64,000 bases of DNA from Lepidodermella squamata (GCA_047495785.1 JBLDXI010000009.1:620001-684000), one strand, 5' to 3'. Positions 41,517-54,395 are shown, counted from the stretch's first letter. Numbers and translations are program-made. The notes: generated by a model not told the origin, from the letters alone.

Positions 41517-41849
41517 GCGTATAGCGTGAAAGCTGAACTGTTTATGTGACGTAATGTCATCTGTTTCAAGTTTTTTCCCACCTTATAAAGTCAAAATAAA
41601 TATTGCAAGTACTTTGCTTAAAGTTTGATCGATTGCACCTATTTTAAAATGCTTGTCAATTGAACACCGTGTATTGTCGTATTAGGCATCACCGAACATT
41701 TCGTTTTCTCGCCGTGGGCCATGTTCTCATTAACTATCGCGCCGAGCGGAGCTCAGTGACAATCTACAATCTACCTCTGCAAATCACAATAGCCCTTAAT
41801 TTCGAATTGCCATTTTTTAAAAAGCGAACTTCGGAATAAGAAATAAGTA

Positions 41850-44470
41850 ATGCGACGAGCAAAGTCATCGGCGGAAACGGAACCTCCACTTGTTCTTGAC
41901 AAGTTGAAACGGTTCCGGATGCAACTAAGCGATCGCACGGCGGCGATAAAATTGGAACTGTCACAGGTCGCAGGTCGCAGAAACACGATTATGCCCCAAC
42001 TACAGTCTCATATTGAACCTAGCTTTGATTTGCTGAAATTCGACAAAACCGTTGACGCCCAGGAAGAAGCCGAGGCAAATTTTTACGAAGGTTCGGCATC
42101 ATCGATTGGCTGCATTTTAAGCGAGGAATTTATTGCCTTTCAGAGTTCACGTTCGATAAGATCTATCACAAGGATTCTTCTAAACTTGGAATTTTCGGCG
42201 GAGGGATAATTGATCCAGATCATTGGCTATTGTCAGCTTGGAACTTGTTACTTATGGCTACATTTCTCTATAATTATTTTTCCATCACCCTGCGGTGCAC
42301 ATTTTTAACCAGAAATGCTTCCAATGTTAACTTCTTTATCCTGGACTATTTGTGTGATTCTATAATTGCTATCAACATTGTAATAGTGAAACCTCGTACG
42401 TCCTACTTGCTTGATGGCACGCCAGTCTTGAATATTCGTAAGCTAGCTACTAACTACGTCAAGTCAGTCGGGTTTTTTATCGACCTTCTAAGCATTGCAC
42501 CACTTGATCTGGCATATCTTAGCACCGGCGTACATCCCTACTTCAGGTTAAACAGATTGCTCGTTTTCTTCACATCCTTCCATCATTTCATGCGACTGCA
42601 GCGTCGTTTGTCTACTCCTGCTCTTTTCACAATTACCAGCATTCTAATTTTCCTATTTATGCTGACGCACGCTTATGCCTGTCTGCTTTACGGCTCCGTT
42701 GAACCAAGTGATGTGAACTATTTTCAAATGTTTTATCTGGGGTTTCTGTATGCTACTCGCGTTCGAGGATTTCGAAAAGAAACGAAGCTCGATATTGGCA
42801 AACCACTTCTCATTGCTCAGTCGTAAGAACGTCGATAGCTATACCTAAATGTTTCATTTGTAACCAATTAAGGGTGATATCTCTCTGGATCAATGTCTTC
42901 GTCCTGGTCAGCGTTTGGGAGCTATATTCGGCAAGGAAAAATTTCAGAAACGCCACTTTTTTGAAAGTCGCCATGGCGTACGCACGACGATATAATTGTC
43001 CTCAAGCGGTAGCTACCTCCATTGTCATTTTTCAGCGATGAGCAATTTTCGGCAGTAAATTGTGCACCTACCTTTGATTTACGCTACTTTTTCAAATGAT
43101 AACTTCTTTATCGATCATCGCGCAGCATGGCGTCTTTCGTTGTCGCTAATATACGTCGACATTGCACATCGCTGAATAGCACCCCAATCGCTTGATAGCA
43201 ATTATAATTGTGCGTAACCCTTGTTTACAGGTTGAAAGAAAAATTACATCCTGGTTCACGGATGTTAGCGGTGTAAGAATCGCAAGGGACGGTTCTTTTG
43301 TCATCAGAAAATCGTCGAAAGTCTTAGCTAAAGCGTTAGCTATATCCCACGTCAAATATTTGATCGAAAAAGTGATGTTACTTTACTAAAATGCAATACT
43401 TAACAGGCTATATTTGGTCTAACAGGTTCCATTCTTTAAGCGCTTACATCCTTCTGTTCTAATCCCAACGTTGGCTGGCATGCAAATAGAATATTTCTTC
43501 CCCGGAGACGTTATTTATCGTTCTGGTGATGTGGGAAAAGCAATGTATTACCTGCATTCTGGGAAGGTGCCTTTTAATTACTGTCACTTTCCGCAAAACT
43601 AGTTTTCATGCTTTCAGCTTCATGTTTATTGCGATGCAAACACCTTGATAGCTTCTTTGCGCGAAGGTAAGGCTGATTGAAAGTAAAACAAGCTATCACC
43701 ACTTGGTTCAAAGGAGCAGTACTCGGCGAAGATTGCTTGTTAGCCCCGCCAGGTGAATGCCGGCGCCGAACCACGCTGATATCAGTAGGACACAGCTGCT
43801 TATACGTTCTGACTAAGAGAGACTTTGCGGAGTCTCTGTCCGACTACTACGCACACGGTGGGCTAAGAATAAGCGCAGTGGAAGGAAATGTTCCGACTCG
43901 AAAAGCTAGTATTGTCGTGAAAAACGAATTGGATGGAACAGCAATTTCAGAGCCTCTTATCCAGTTTCAAGCGCCAATTCAATCACCCACAGAGCGCTCA
44001 TCAACTCCGAAAATTCTGCACGTAATGCTGGGTTTCTTTCAAGGTCGATCTAAGCTTTGGAATCGTCTTTCAAAGGGTGATGATTCAAAATTGTTAAGCC
44101 ATTGCTATCAAATATAAGCTATCGTCAAACATAGTTAGTCCAACTGCCAAGCCTCTGGATGTATGCAGCATTTCGAGCACTGAGCTTGACGCGGAACTTG
44201 CAGCAATTCAATGGTCTCCGCCGGCGACCCCTGAAAAGGTTAGTTGCGGATGCACCTTATAGCTTCGTTACAATAATCAAGTGCGTTTAGATCTACATTT
44301 TTGAGGACTGGGAACTGGAGCACTATCACACCCCTCCTCCAGATAACCGCAGAGGCAACCAAAAACGCAAAAAACGCGGGGGCAGTGTGATCAGTCGCAT
44401 CAGCCAAGTGGAACGTGGATCTAAAGCTGATGCCGCTAAAGTCGATCGATCAAGAAAACATGACCATTAA
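41850..44470 (+). CDS. Cyclic nucleotide-gated channel beta-like subunit, highly divergent (paralog 3)
   Basis: LVLDKLKRFRMQLSDRTAAIKLEL; DLLSIAPLDLAY..FRLNRLL; FPGDVIYRSGDVGKAMYY; LGEDCLLAPPGECRRRTTL; frame intact across GT-AG introns. Confidence 0.82.
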
Positions 44471-45517
44471 AACAGACGACATATTATCTTAAAACGGGAA
44501 AGTCCTTAACAAATTGATAATAAACGTGATTGATGTCCACGAGCTAAAAACATGTAAATTGTTGAATTTTCAAGTTTTTCGATAAAATTTATATGCGTAA
44601 GCTCCTCTCGATATGAAGAACTCGTTTACATTAAAATTAACAGCGTTTGAGCATTTTTCCTCATTTTTATAACTCGACCCCTTTGATCGAGCGCACTTGC
44701 TGCGAGTGCGTCATGCCGTGCCTCGCGCTTTTGTTCCGAGCCGCGCTCCTCCGACAACTTCGGAGAGCGGTCAATAGAAACGTCGGACGAAATTCGCCGC
44801 ACTTCGGAACTGATAAGCCGTTTACGCGCATGGGCTCCAAAGTTCGGATACACCCGTCCGAACCGAAGCGCCGTCCGAAGCGTTTATAAATCCATCATAA
44901 GCGTGAGAGATTTTTGTCCTGGAAAATGCTATGTGCATCTGCATAAATTTAATACCAAATGATTCCTCATCGTCCAATGTAATACCTATCACTCCTCAAT
45001 TTTAAATGAAATTCGGTTGAAATATTATTAGTTGATGCTGGAATTTTGAAATTCAGCGAAATGAGCTAACTTCAATTTCAATTTGTTGAACGAATTTGGC
45101 GAGCATCGCCAAGGTTTACTAGGCTCTTGTCATTCCAAGTATTAATAACTGGAACGACGTGACAGTTTCAGTGTAGGAACGTTATTCAAGCTGCGATGAA
45201 GAGCTCTATAGTCTGTTTGACCCAAGGTTCATTGGTATCATATACCTATGCGCTGAAAATAATTAAAAGGAAAAAGCATTAGTGTATTGTTCATTTTAAC
45301 TTTTTACTAAAATTTTTACTCAAAATTGTTTACCCACAGGAAAATATCGCCGTTGAAGTCTTAACAATAATATATTATCGGAACTATTCATAAGAGACAT
45401 GAAGCCAGAAAAATGTAAGATTTTGCAGTTGGAATTGCTTCAAGTTAGCCTGGAAGACTAATAAATGTTCGCACAGCAGCATGCATTGTTTTTCTTGGAA
45501 ATCCTCACCAAAGACAC

Positions 45518-46793
45518 TCATTCGTCTTTGTCAGCGCCATCTTTCGCCCCATTTGTGTTGCTACCGCTGTGACCAAACGCTCCAGAGAATCGATACTTGG
45601 CAACAAGATCGTGGCGCCAGAAGAAGGATCTCTTTTCCGTCAGCTTTTTCAAGACCACCGACCCAACGGTAAAGATGTTGCCGCAAAACAGCATGAAAAA
45701 TATGATCGATAGAACGAAAACGTGCCACTCATGGCAGGATTCTTCGCGAGACATCCAAAACAACACATAGGCGTTGTAAAGTTGGAAAAACTGTAAGCAA
45801 TAATGGGATGAATCACGATATCCAATTGTGATAAAAACTCACGTAAACCGCAAAAAGGAGAGGCAACAGAGCAGACATGCCTTTCCACATCCATGAATGG
45901 AATCCCTCGACAGTAACCGCCATTTGATGCTGTTCGCCAAGAGCTCTCAAACGATATAAAGATCCCATTTGATAGTAAAACTGGACGAATTGCACCAAAC
46001 TTAGAAACCCGGAGAAAACAATGAACTGTCCGCGGAACATTCGGTAGCTCTCTCCATCAGGCCAGATCAAGAATATTCCAGAGCAAACAGTAGATATGAA
46101 GTGATGCGCTAGCCACCATCCTTTGATTCGTGACCCGTTGACAGCTAGAATCTTTATGAAAGATGAAATGAGCTTGAAATACGCTATCATCAGAATAAAC
46201 GAGTTACCTGTTCTCGGATAGTAAGTGTACAGTAATACCACACCAATAGAAAACTGAACCCAGCATCAAGAGCCCGCGAGTCGAAAAAGTATAACAACAT
46301 GGCCCATATCAGGCCGATCGAGTTGACAATTATTTTGAAACGCTCATATTCTTCCTTGTAAGCAAACTTCTCTCGCTTATTCAAGATAGATACGTTGACT
46401 TGACCAAGAATTATTCCGAGATATAAACCATTCTTGCGTGGCAGTGATTCGTTCAATTCATCCAAGTTGCGCTTCCGTTCTTCAACTTGCTTGATGAGTT
46501 CTGATGCTTTCTCTCGACTCGGAGCATCGCCAATTTTGGAAATGCGCTTCAGACCAGGGATTAACTGAGACAAGCGATATCGTTGATGGCCCATGCTAGA
46601 GAGGCATTTGGCCTGCGCTTGCATCACCCCTTCCAGTTGCTTAGTATACGTTGCATGTTGTGTCTTATAATTAGCATTATATTTTATTTTATAAGTTATA
46701 ATACTTCAAGTTTCCGCTTACTTTGAGCTTCGCAAACTCGGCGGTTAAGTCGGCGAAGTCCTTTTCGCACTCAGCTATATCAACGTATTCCAT
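45518..46793 (-). CDS. TMEM120: Transmembrane protein 120 (TACAN family)
   Basis: LPRKNGLYLGIILGQVNVSILNKREKFAYKEEYERFK; FLLVWYYCTLTIRE; NGSRIKGWWLAHHFISTV; GSLYRLRALGE..VEGFHSWMWKG. Confidence 0.95.
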
Positions 46794-46965
46794 TGCTACA
46801 CATGAATAAGAAGCTGAGTTATAAAAGTAGCCAAAAGTGATCAAATGAATTAGTCAAGAATGCAAGGTCATTGCGGAGGGCAATGAAAAAAACTGCAATC
46901 GCTAAAGCCAGGAGATAATAGCAGGTGACTTGGATAAGAATGACAAAAAAAATCAAACATTCAGA

Positions 46966-47029
46966 TTCGACCAAGAATTATTCCGAGATATAAAACATTA
47001 TTACATAGCAGAGATTCATTTATCCAAGT
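46966..47029 (-). pseudogene. Decayed ~65-bp duplicate of TMEM120 coding sequence upstream of its own start
   Basis: gaccaagaattattccgagatataaa occurs at ~46402 and ~46969; copy reads NESLLCNNVLYLGIILGRI* versus NESLPRKNGLYLGIILGQV. Confidence 0.7.
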
Positions 47030-47997
47030 AGTTATAGATTTGAATAAATGAATAATGAGCTCTCATATTTCCAGAAACGTCCCTCATAATTTTTTAAGGC
47101 ACTAACACACAATATGGTGAACGTGACGGCAGGGTAAGATGTAAGCTCGCTGTGATTGCGATGGATACGTTCCCATGGATGCTTAAGTAAGAATTAGGAT
47201 TTTTTAAGATTAATTCTGGAAACTGCACCGTAGCTTGGTGGGAAACTGCAAACAAAACGGTACCAATTGGCGGTTTGGAATACCTAATTACTTACTTATT
47301 GTTTCACCGTTCACTTCGTATAAGTCTACTGTCTACTTATTAGATAACCGCAGTTTTCGAATATGTTGGCCGCACCTCGTGCTACACATAATCGGTGTTA
47401 AGGACAAGATAACGCACGAGAATCGGCCCAAACACCGATCGTGCAGTATTTAACAATTGATGGCTGATGGCTGGTCATTCATAAAATACATATACAAATA
47501 ACACAGATCCCACACGCAACATTGAGGTAAACGGAAACATGATAAATAAATTCACGATAAAATGTTGTATGAGAGAGATAGCTTAACTGGCTGCTAACTG
47601 GCAATTAACTGTGAGTTGACATTGGATCCGGCATCCGGCCACCATTCTGTATCGTCGTTTATTTGCGGCTCAACTTGCCTCTTCGTCTAATTTTATGAAC
47701 GCTAGACGCTAGGTAACTGGTAACTGGGGCATCAGGAAACTTGTCAGTTTTCTGCATAGTGCATAGCGCCTATACTACCCTATAAAATCAGCTACACAGT
47801 CAATCCGCGTTTCCTGGTTGCTAGCTTGGTCGCGAACGATTCCAGGTTTGCCACAAAACGAACGTCCAACCACATCAGGAGGATCCAGGACCGATCAGAT
47901 GATACCCGTCAGCTGACTTGCATGCATTTTATTATTTATCAATATATTTTTCTAATATTTTCAATTTTTTTATTTTTTAAATATTACTGTCAATGTT

Positions 47998-48011
47998 GTT
48001 GGCATGGTGAC
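47998..48011. promoter_or_regulatory. Possible RFX X-box upstream of IQCD
   Basis: GTTGGCATGGTGAC, about one mismatch from the X-box consensus, ~375 bp upstream of a motile-cilia gene. Confidence 0.35.
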
Positions 48012-48385
48012 GGTGTTTAGTTGGTAGTTGGCACTAAATGTTTGCTTCGATGTGGCTCAAATCTTTAGTTTAAAGCGTTAGCATTTGTAATCGTTGGTGT
48101 AACCACATCCTCCTTAATAATTATAAAGTCATAGTCTATATTCCTATCACGTTTTGTTCGTGTTGACGCTACTGTGCGTCAGTTTTAAGGTGATAGGTGA
48201 TAGGTGGTAGGTGACAAGTGAAAAGCGGCGTTTAATATGAACTACGGCTTGAAAACTGGCAAGCCTGAATATGAGTTCTCAAACAACACTAGCATATTCT
48301 TTTAAACTTATTTACAACGCGATTGCCAGTATGAACAATACCTAACAATAATTTATTTATTTTATTTCGTAGTTGTTGAATTTTA

Positions 48386-50046
48386 ATGATGTTGGCGGAA
48401 CCTGCTCAGGTGGAAACCATTCAGGTTTCCCAGCAGCTTCATCGGAAGCCGGCATCTGTTTTGCCTGCCGCTCAGGTGAAAAAATTTAGATTTGATTTCC
48501 TGAAGTCACTGGACCCTGGAAAAAAGAAAATAAGCACATTGGAAGCTCAGCGAATATTTTCTGTTGTCGAGGTAAAGGATCTTTCAAGTTCTCACGACAT
48601 TTTGATTCGCTTTTTGATATCAGGAAACCATACGCAAAATCGAATTGGTTGCGCTATTTGATTGCGCTTTTCAGAAAGTCGACTACTTTTCGGCAGCTTT
48701 TGGATCTCATTTAACCACTTTGTTATCTCAACACCGAGTCTTGATCGAAAGTTACCGGGAATTGGAAAACCAAAAAGTTCAAATGTCACAGCAACTCAAC
48801 TCAGAGGTAAGATGACTGCTTTTCTTGCCTTTAAACCAGCTGCATCCTTAAAATTACAATACTCGGTTAAACCTGATCACTGCAAAATTATAACCCAGCT
48901 GTAACCTGTACCCATTTGTATTTGGCAGGGAGCACTTCTTTCTTATATATCAACCGAAGAGGACATCGAGCGGAATATGCAGCTACAATTGAATCACATA
49001 AATTCGTCAGTTAAAAATATCATCAGAGGGTTTTCCATGAATCCCGTTGCCGTTCGAACAATTTTGGACAACCGCGACGCAATTTCTCCTGAATTCGGGG
49101 ACCTTCTGTTTGCGCTGAAGCAGTTAAAGGATTCTCTATTCGACAGGCTATCAACAACGCCTTTAGAGGGTTTGGAAGATGTAATTTGGAGACTCGGGTT
49201 CTTTTATTGCTGATGTTTTACAGAGAGGGAAAGAACCGAATTGGCTGCATGGCTGAGCGATCAAACCACACAACTGGCAGCCACTTCAGAACGGCTAGAA
49301 AAAGAACTGCGAGATGCTGAGAATGTTCGTCAAACTTCCATCAAAGCCAAGAACGATGAGATCAGACATGTCCAGCAAATGATTCACAATTTGGAGAAGT
49401 TTTCAGAAGAAAACGTGAGGAAGCTGAAAACAGAAGCTGAAAAACAAGCACAAGGTGACACCAAAAACAGCGAAAACCGACAGCAAAAGCTTCAACAGGA
49501 GGTAACGGCGCTACGTACTCGCTTGCAACAAGCCGTCAGTCAGCATCGTGACATGGAATTTCAGCTTCGCAAGAAGAAGTTTAAATTGGAATCAGAGGTC
49601 GAATCCTGGATTGGCAAATATGATGGAGACATGGGCGAGCGACAGGTAACGCCGAATTCTGCGTCGAATTACGTTCATTAACGAATTTCCTTAAATGATT
49701 AGGCTGAATTCGAGGAAGTTGAACGCATTTACAAGGAGGAGAAATCTCAACTGGAAGAACTCGAGGTAACAGTGTGATTAAATTTCCTATTCTACCTATA
49801 TTCTATGAAACCCAGGAGCGATTCAAAAAACTCGAGGCCGAATATCGGCAAATTATGGAGGAGCGACGCATCGAGCAAGAACGCAAGGACGAAGCTGAGA
49901 GGCAGCATCAGCGAAACTTGAAAGCTGCGCTTATTATTCAAGCGTTCTGGCGTGGCTACAAAGTGCGTAAGGTTATTCGTGGAAAGCTGAAGAAAGGCAA
50001 AGGTGGCAAGAAGAGCAGCAATGCGTCGAAGAAGAAGAAAAAGTAA
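48386..50046 (+). CDS. IQCD: Dynein regulatory complex subunit 10 / IQ domain-containing protein D
   Basis: LDPGKKKISTLEAQRIFSVVE; coiled coil; LRKKKFKLESEVESWIGKYDGDMGERQ; IQ motif AALIIQAFWRGYKVRK; Lys-rich tail. Confidence 0.9.
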
Positions 50047-50447
50047 TGACGTCTTGCGTTGCAGGATTTCGAACTATTGCAGCAGTCTATAATGTGGATC
50101 ATAACACATCTGATATATTGATAATTAACTAGCATTTACTAATAAAAAAACATCGACCAAAAAATTGACGGCTGAAAAGTTTATTTCAAAATACTGGTTA
50201 ATATTAGGTAAAATTGAAACTCAACAAGGTAACTCGAAAGCATTGCGCCATAAAAACTGCGCTACGTATAAAAGAACAAATATTCAATATCAAATTTGGA
50301 CAAGATTGCTGAGACCTATGAAAAACATCGAAAGTGTGATCAATAGCAAATAATCATTTCATGAAAAAGTCAAGCACCGGTAATAATTATGCATAGCCTC
50401 ACAGCAGATCACTCTACAAAATAACTAGAATCCAACGTCATGTATAA

Positions 50448-51531
50448 TTATGCCGGAGGCCAGGGTTCGCGGCGTCTTGCTGATAACCGCTTTGACGAGA
50501 ATGGGAGTGATGCCTGCGTCCTCGGGTAGCTGTTGATAAATTGCTGTCGCTCACGCGTCGTCGGACACAGAAGCGAGTCCGACGGGTCAGTTACGATTTT
50601 AGCAGGTGTAATCAAACCGCGGGAATACTGCCCGTCAGTAAACACGTTGTATTCGGGAGCTTGAAAAATCGCGTAGCGTTTTATGTAATGGCGTGCTACC
50701 AAGACGTCGACGCGCTCCATCGTTAGCATGCAGCCCCTAAATCGATGAGCCAAGTGAAAGAACGAAATCAACGATCTGTAGACAAAAAATTACCAGGTCA
50801 GAATAGCGAATTTCTCCACTGGTATCAATCGCGACGGGGAGAAAATGTAGCGATACATGCATGAACGCGCCAAATTTCGAAACATGTTAATTTGAGTAAT
50901 GTTAGCGCAGGGATGGTACAAAAACACAGCTGCACCATGCTCCAGGCTGTGAACGTATCGCTGAGGAGGCACGTACAAATATTCGCCATATCGGGGCCAT
51001 GAAGGGCGGTGGGGGCCGGATAACGGAGGCGCGTCTCTGTATACTATTTTGTCCTTCATGCAGTAGTGCCATGGATAATCGATCGGGCGGCAAAAAATCC
51101 GAGACTATGAAAGGCAGAAATGTTACTGCATGGAACAAGATTCGGAAAAGTTAATACCGCAGAATCATTGGAGCCTGATGTTAGCCTTTCGCCAGGTTGG
51201 CACGTGTAATCTTATATCAATATAATATATATATATTGTATATTATATTATATATTATATATAATACATATTATATAATAATACTTATATAATATTTTCG
51301 ACAGGCGTGAATTCGCACTTACCCAGATTAGTAGAATCGTCCCAATCGATGCGATGTGGATCATCGCCCGGATCGCATTCTTGATCTGTGCCCATCGGTA
51401 TGCGGGTGTCGTAACCAGAAGATGATGAAAATATCAAAATTACGGCAACTAATACTCGCATCATTTTGCCGGGAATCCAATCGAAACGTAATAACTACGA
51501 GAAAAATAACAGTTATGAATATACTTTTCAT
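50448..51531 (-). CDS. DUF3105 / TP53I13-like secreted protein
   Basis: Signal peptide MKSIFITVIFLVVITF; HYCMKDKIVY..PPLSGPHRPSWPRYGEYLYVPPQRYVHSLEHGAAVFLYHPCA; DGQYSRGLI..D..LCP. Alternative start at 51561. Confidence 0.82.
51212..51297. repeat. AT-only low-complexity tract within an intron
   Basis: Degenerate (TA/TAT)n run. Confidence 0.7.
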
Positions 51532-51576
51532 AAAATCGATGCAGATGACATGGCCTTTCATGTATCAGGCCTTTCA

Positions 51577-54395
51577 TTATTTGCAAGCTTCAACAGGTTT
51601 CTTATAATTATTAAATATGGCCTCTTTAAATAAGTCAAGCTTGGTAGCTGAATAATGGCCGTTTTTCAGTCGACGCGGAAGGGAAGACCATTCGGCATGA
51701 CCCTGGTCGAAATAGCGCTCTGCAATTTCAAGATCAGCTGCTTTCCCAGAAAATGACGCATGGTCATAGAGCAAAGCGGAGCTATAATAACCACCCAAGG
51801 CCATCAACATATCGCGAGAGGCTGCTTCGGACGAAGCAAGTAACGGTCCATTCGAAGGGTAAAGCGCGGCTTCAACGAGCTTTTTCAGTTCACCGTTGAT
51901 GAAATCGCCCGATTTCGCTGTCAGCCTACAATTAAACAGAATTATATTGGTTTACTTCAGCGTAGATATATAACAACAGCAGTCATAAATATTACAAGCA
52001 ATAGATAATTATGTACAGTGACAATCAAAAGATCCGCACGGTGGAGTTGAGGCGATGCTAGTTGAAATTTTTCGCACGTGCGAAATGAGGCTGTTTATCT
52101 CCAGCAAAACGGACCAAAATGACGCCCTTTTCACGAGCTCCAAAAATAACTCCAAGGAAAGGGGGATAGTTTCAATAATATGAATATATTCATGAGATGT
52201 TATGAAACTAGGACATTCTTAGTTAAGTGCGGAAAATTGCGGAAAAATTTGAGCACTTATGGCACGGTTACAACAAATCAAAAATAATTTTTCCATAATT
52301 TTTCTGACATAATTATCAAGTTTGAGAGCTTCGGAATATTAATTAGCACCTTATGAATATTCATATTTTTAAAACTATTAAAACTTTTTGGTCTGTCCGA
52401 GTTACACTTTTTATTTTTAGCTGAGTTCAACCCAAGCTTGGAGCTAAAAATATTTCGGGCGCGTGTGAGATATTTTTTGTTTCAACTCAACAAATTCCTG
52501 ACCGTGCGCAACTTTTGATTTTCACTGTATACCAACCTTTGAACATCATTCAACAAGGTGGTGATGATAGAACCACCACTTTTAGACATGGCTCGCATCA
52601 GATCGATTGCTTGGATATTCGTTGTTCCTTCCCATATGGGTTGCACTTGGGCATCCCGGAACAGCCCAGGAATACCTGTGCAAATCAGGTATCGTCAAAT
52701 CAGATTGAATAAACCAAAATAGTTACCTGTATCTTCCATGTACCCTTGTCCTCCAAAAAGTTCGAGACCTTCTGACAGCACAGGCATAGCACGTTTGCAG
52801 ATGAAACCTTTAACCATGGGCATTATTAGACGAAGCAAAGTCAAATCAGATTCGGTAGCTTTGTTGTTCTCCTGAAGACCTAACAGCTGCGCCATGCGGG
52901 TCAATAAGAGGAAACCAGCTCGAGCCTCAACCTCCAATGAACCTAGGGCAGAAACATGCAGCCGGTGCTGGTCGAGAGATTTCCCGAAGGCTTGGCGACG
53001 AGTAGCATAATCTCTGGCTAGCAAATTCATTCTTCTGATAGCAGCCGTGCTACTGAGAGCAGACCAGTAGCGGGTGACAACGAGCATGTTGCTCTGCGAA
53101 AAACAAACAAATTTTACGCTAATTAGAGACTCTTGACAATGAACAAACCACTTCCGAAATACCGCGCCCGGTGTCTGAAAGCTGCTCGGCGAGACAACCA
53201 TCTAGGATCATTTCGGCGGTGGGTAGCTGCCGAGTTCCCAGTTTATCCTTGAGTAAAAATGGTCATATATGGATGTCTTAAACTAGGGCAACACACTTTC
53301 AGTCGAAGCATTCGCACCATATCTAGCTGATCTTTGTCGTTTTTAGTCTGCAAAAATGAAAGTGAAAGCGGTGTCAGCTGCCATATTAATTCGTTACCTT
53401 TATCAAGAAGAGACCGAGTCCTTTGTTTCCGGGGATCTGACCTTCACCTTTGCTGTTCGAAGCGACGCGGGCCAGAGTTATTGTGATATCACTATCCGCT
53501 GCAGATGTGAAAAACTTGTACCTGTGATACGCATCTTTCATGAAAATAATGGAAACCCAATAAAATGCAACCCGTATAGAAGATATAATCCATCGTGGAA
53601 CGGCACTGCGACAGTTTCGGTAGCATTCGCCACATCACTACCACCTTTAATCTCAGTCATCCATTGCCCTGAAGTCCAGAAAAGCTTCGGATCTCTGCTT
53701 GTTAAACGCCCAAGTGATTCATGAACCATATGCGAATCGGAATTTTTCGATAACCTCTTCATATGTCAGCCGTAAATGAGAATAAATAGAAATTCAATAG
53801 GTGAATCATTCAAACCTCAAGGAGATAGGCTGCGCCGTCAGTCATAGCCAAGGGACAACCGTAGAGTCCACTTGATGGCATGTAGAGGTAAAGTTTCGCC
53901 ATTTGGTATAAACGACTGAAAAATATATGCGATTTGAGACACAGAAACGGAGTTGTCGATTAACCTGAACTCTGCATATTTGCGCTCATACGGAATAGCT
54001 ACCAGGCCCTCCTTGGCCGCTATATTGCGCATCTCTTTCCAAGCGCTTGACATGATGAGCCGATTTGTTTGAGTTCCCCAACAGTCGAACATTTCCAGCT
54101 GCGGTTTTTCCCGCTCGCATTGCATTGCTAGCTGCCACATATCAGTGACGACTCTGTGACCGAAAGAACGAAGATCTCCAGTGATTTCTTCCTGGGCCTG
54201 AAAAAATGCGATTGTCAATGTTGAACTAAAAAGTTCAAAACTTACTTGCTGTGGGATAAAACGCCGCAAGACATCAGACAAAATCGGGTCTTCTTCGAAT
54301 GCATTAGATATGGTTGGTTTGGGTATTGTGTAGGTTTTACTGGCAAAGAGCCGTTTGGGAAAAATCGGCTTCGCTTTTATTAGGATGCTCATCAT
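51577..54395 (-). CDS. AidB-like acyl-CoA dehydrogenase (nematode acdh-11 type)
   Basis: Mitochondrial-type N-terminus; SGLYGCPLAMTDGAA; RLTSRDPKLFWTSGQWMTEIKGGSDVA; KDKLGTRQLPTAE; ARDYATRRQAFGK; EGLELFGGQGYMEDTG; DAQVQPIWEGTTNI. Confidence 0.9.

Noticed and set aside
44680-44890. GC-rich patch with ttcgga/tccgaa mini-palindromes
   Set aside because: Probably a transposon remnant, but no TIR or TSD could be defined and there is no tRNA/snRNA fold.
52060-52490. Palindrome-rich segment in the long ACAD intron (possible MITE or snoRNA)
   Set aside because: Inverted ends are only loosely similar and no C/D or H/ACA boxes were convincingly placed.
51577-54395. AidB-like gene as a recent bacterial horizontal transfer
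   Set aside because: It has many spliceosomal introns and AidB-like ACADs are known from other invertebrates.
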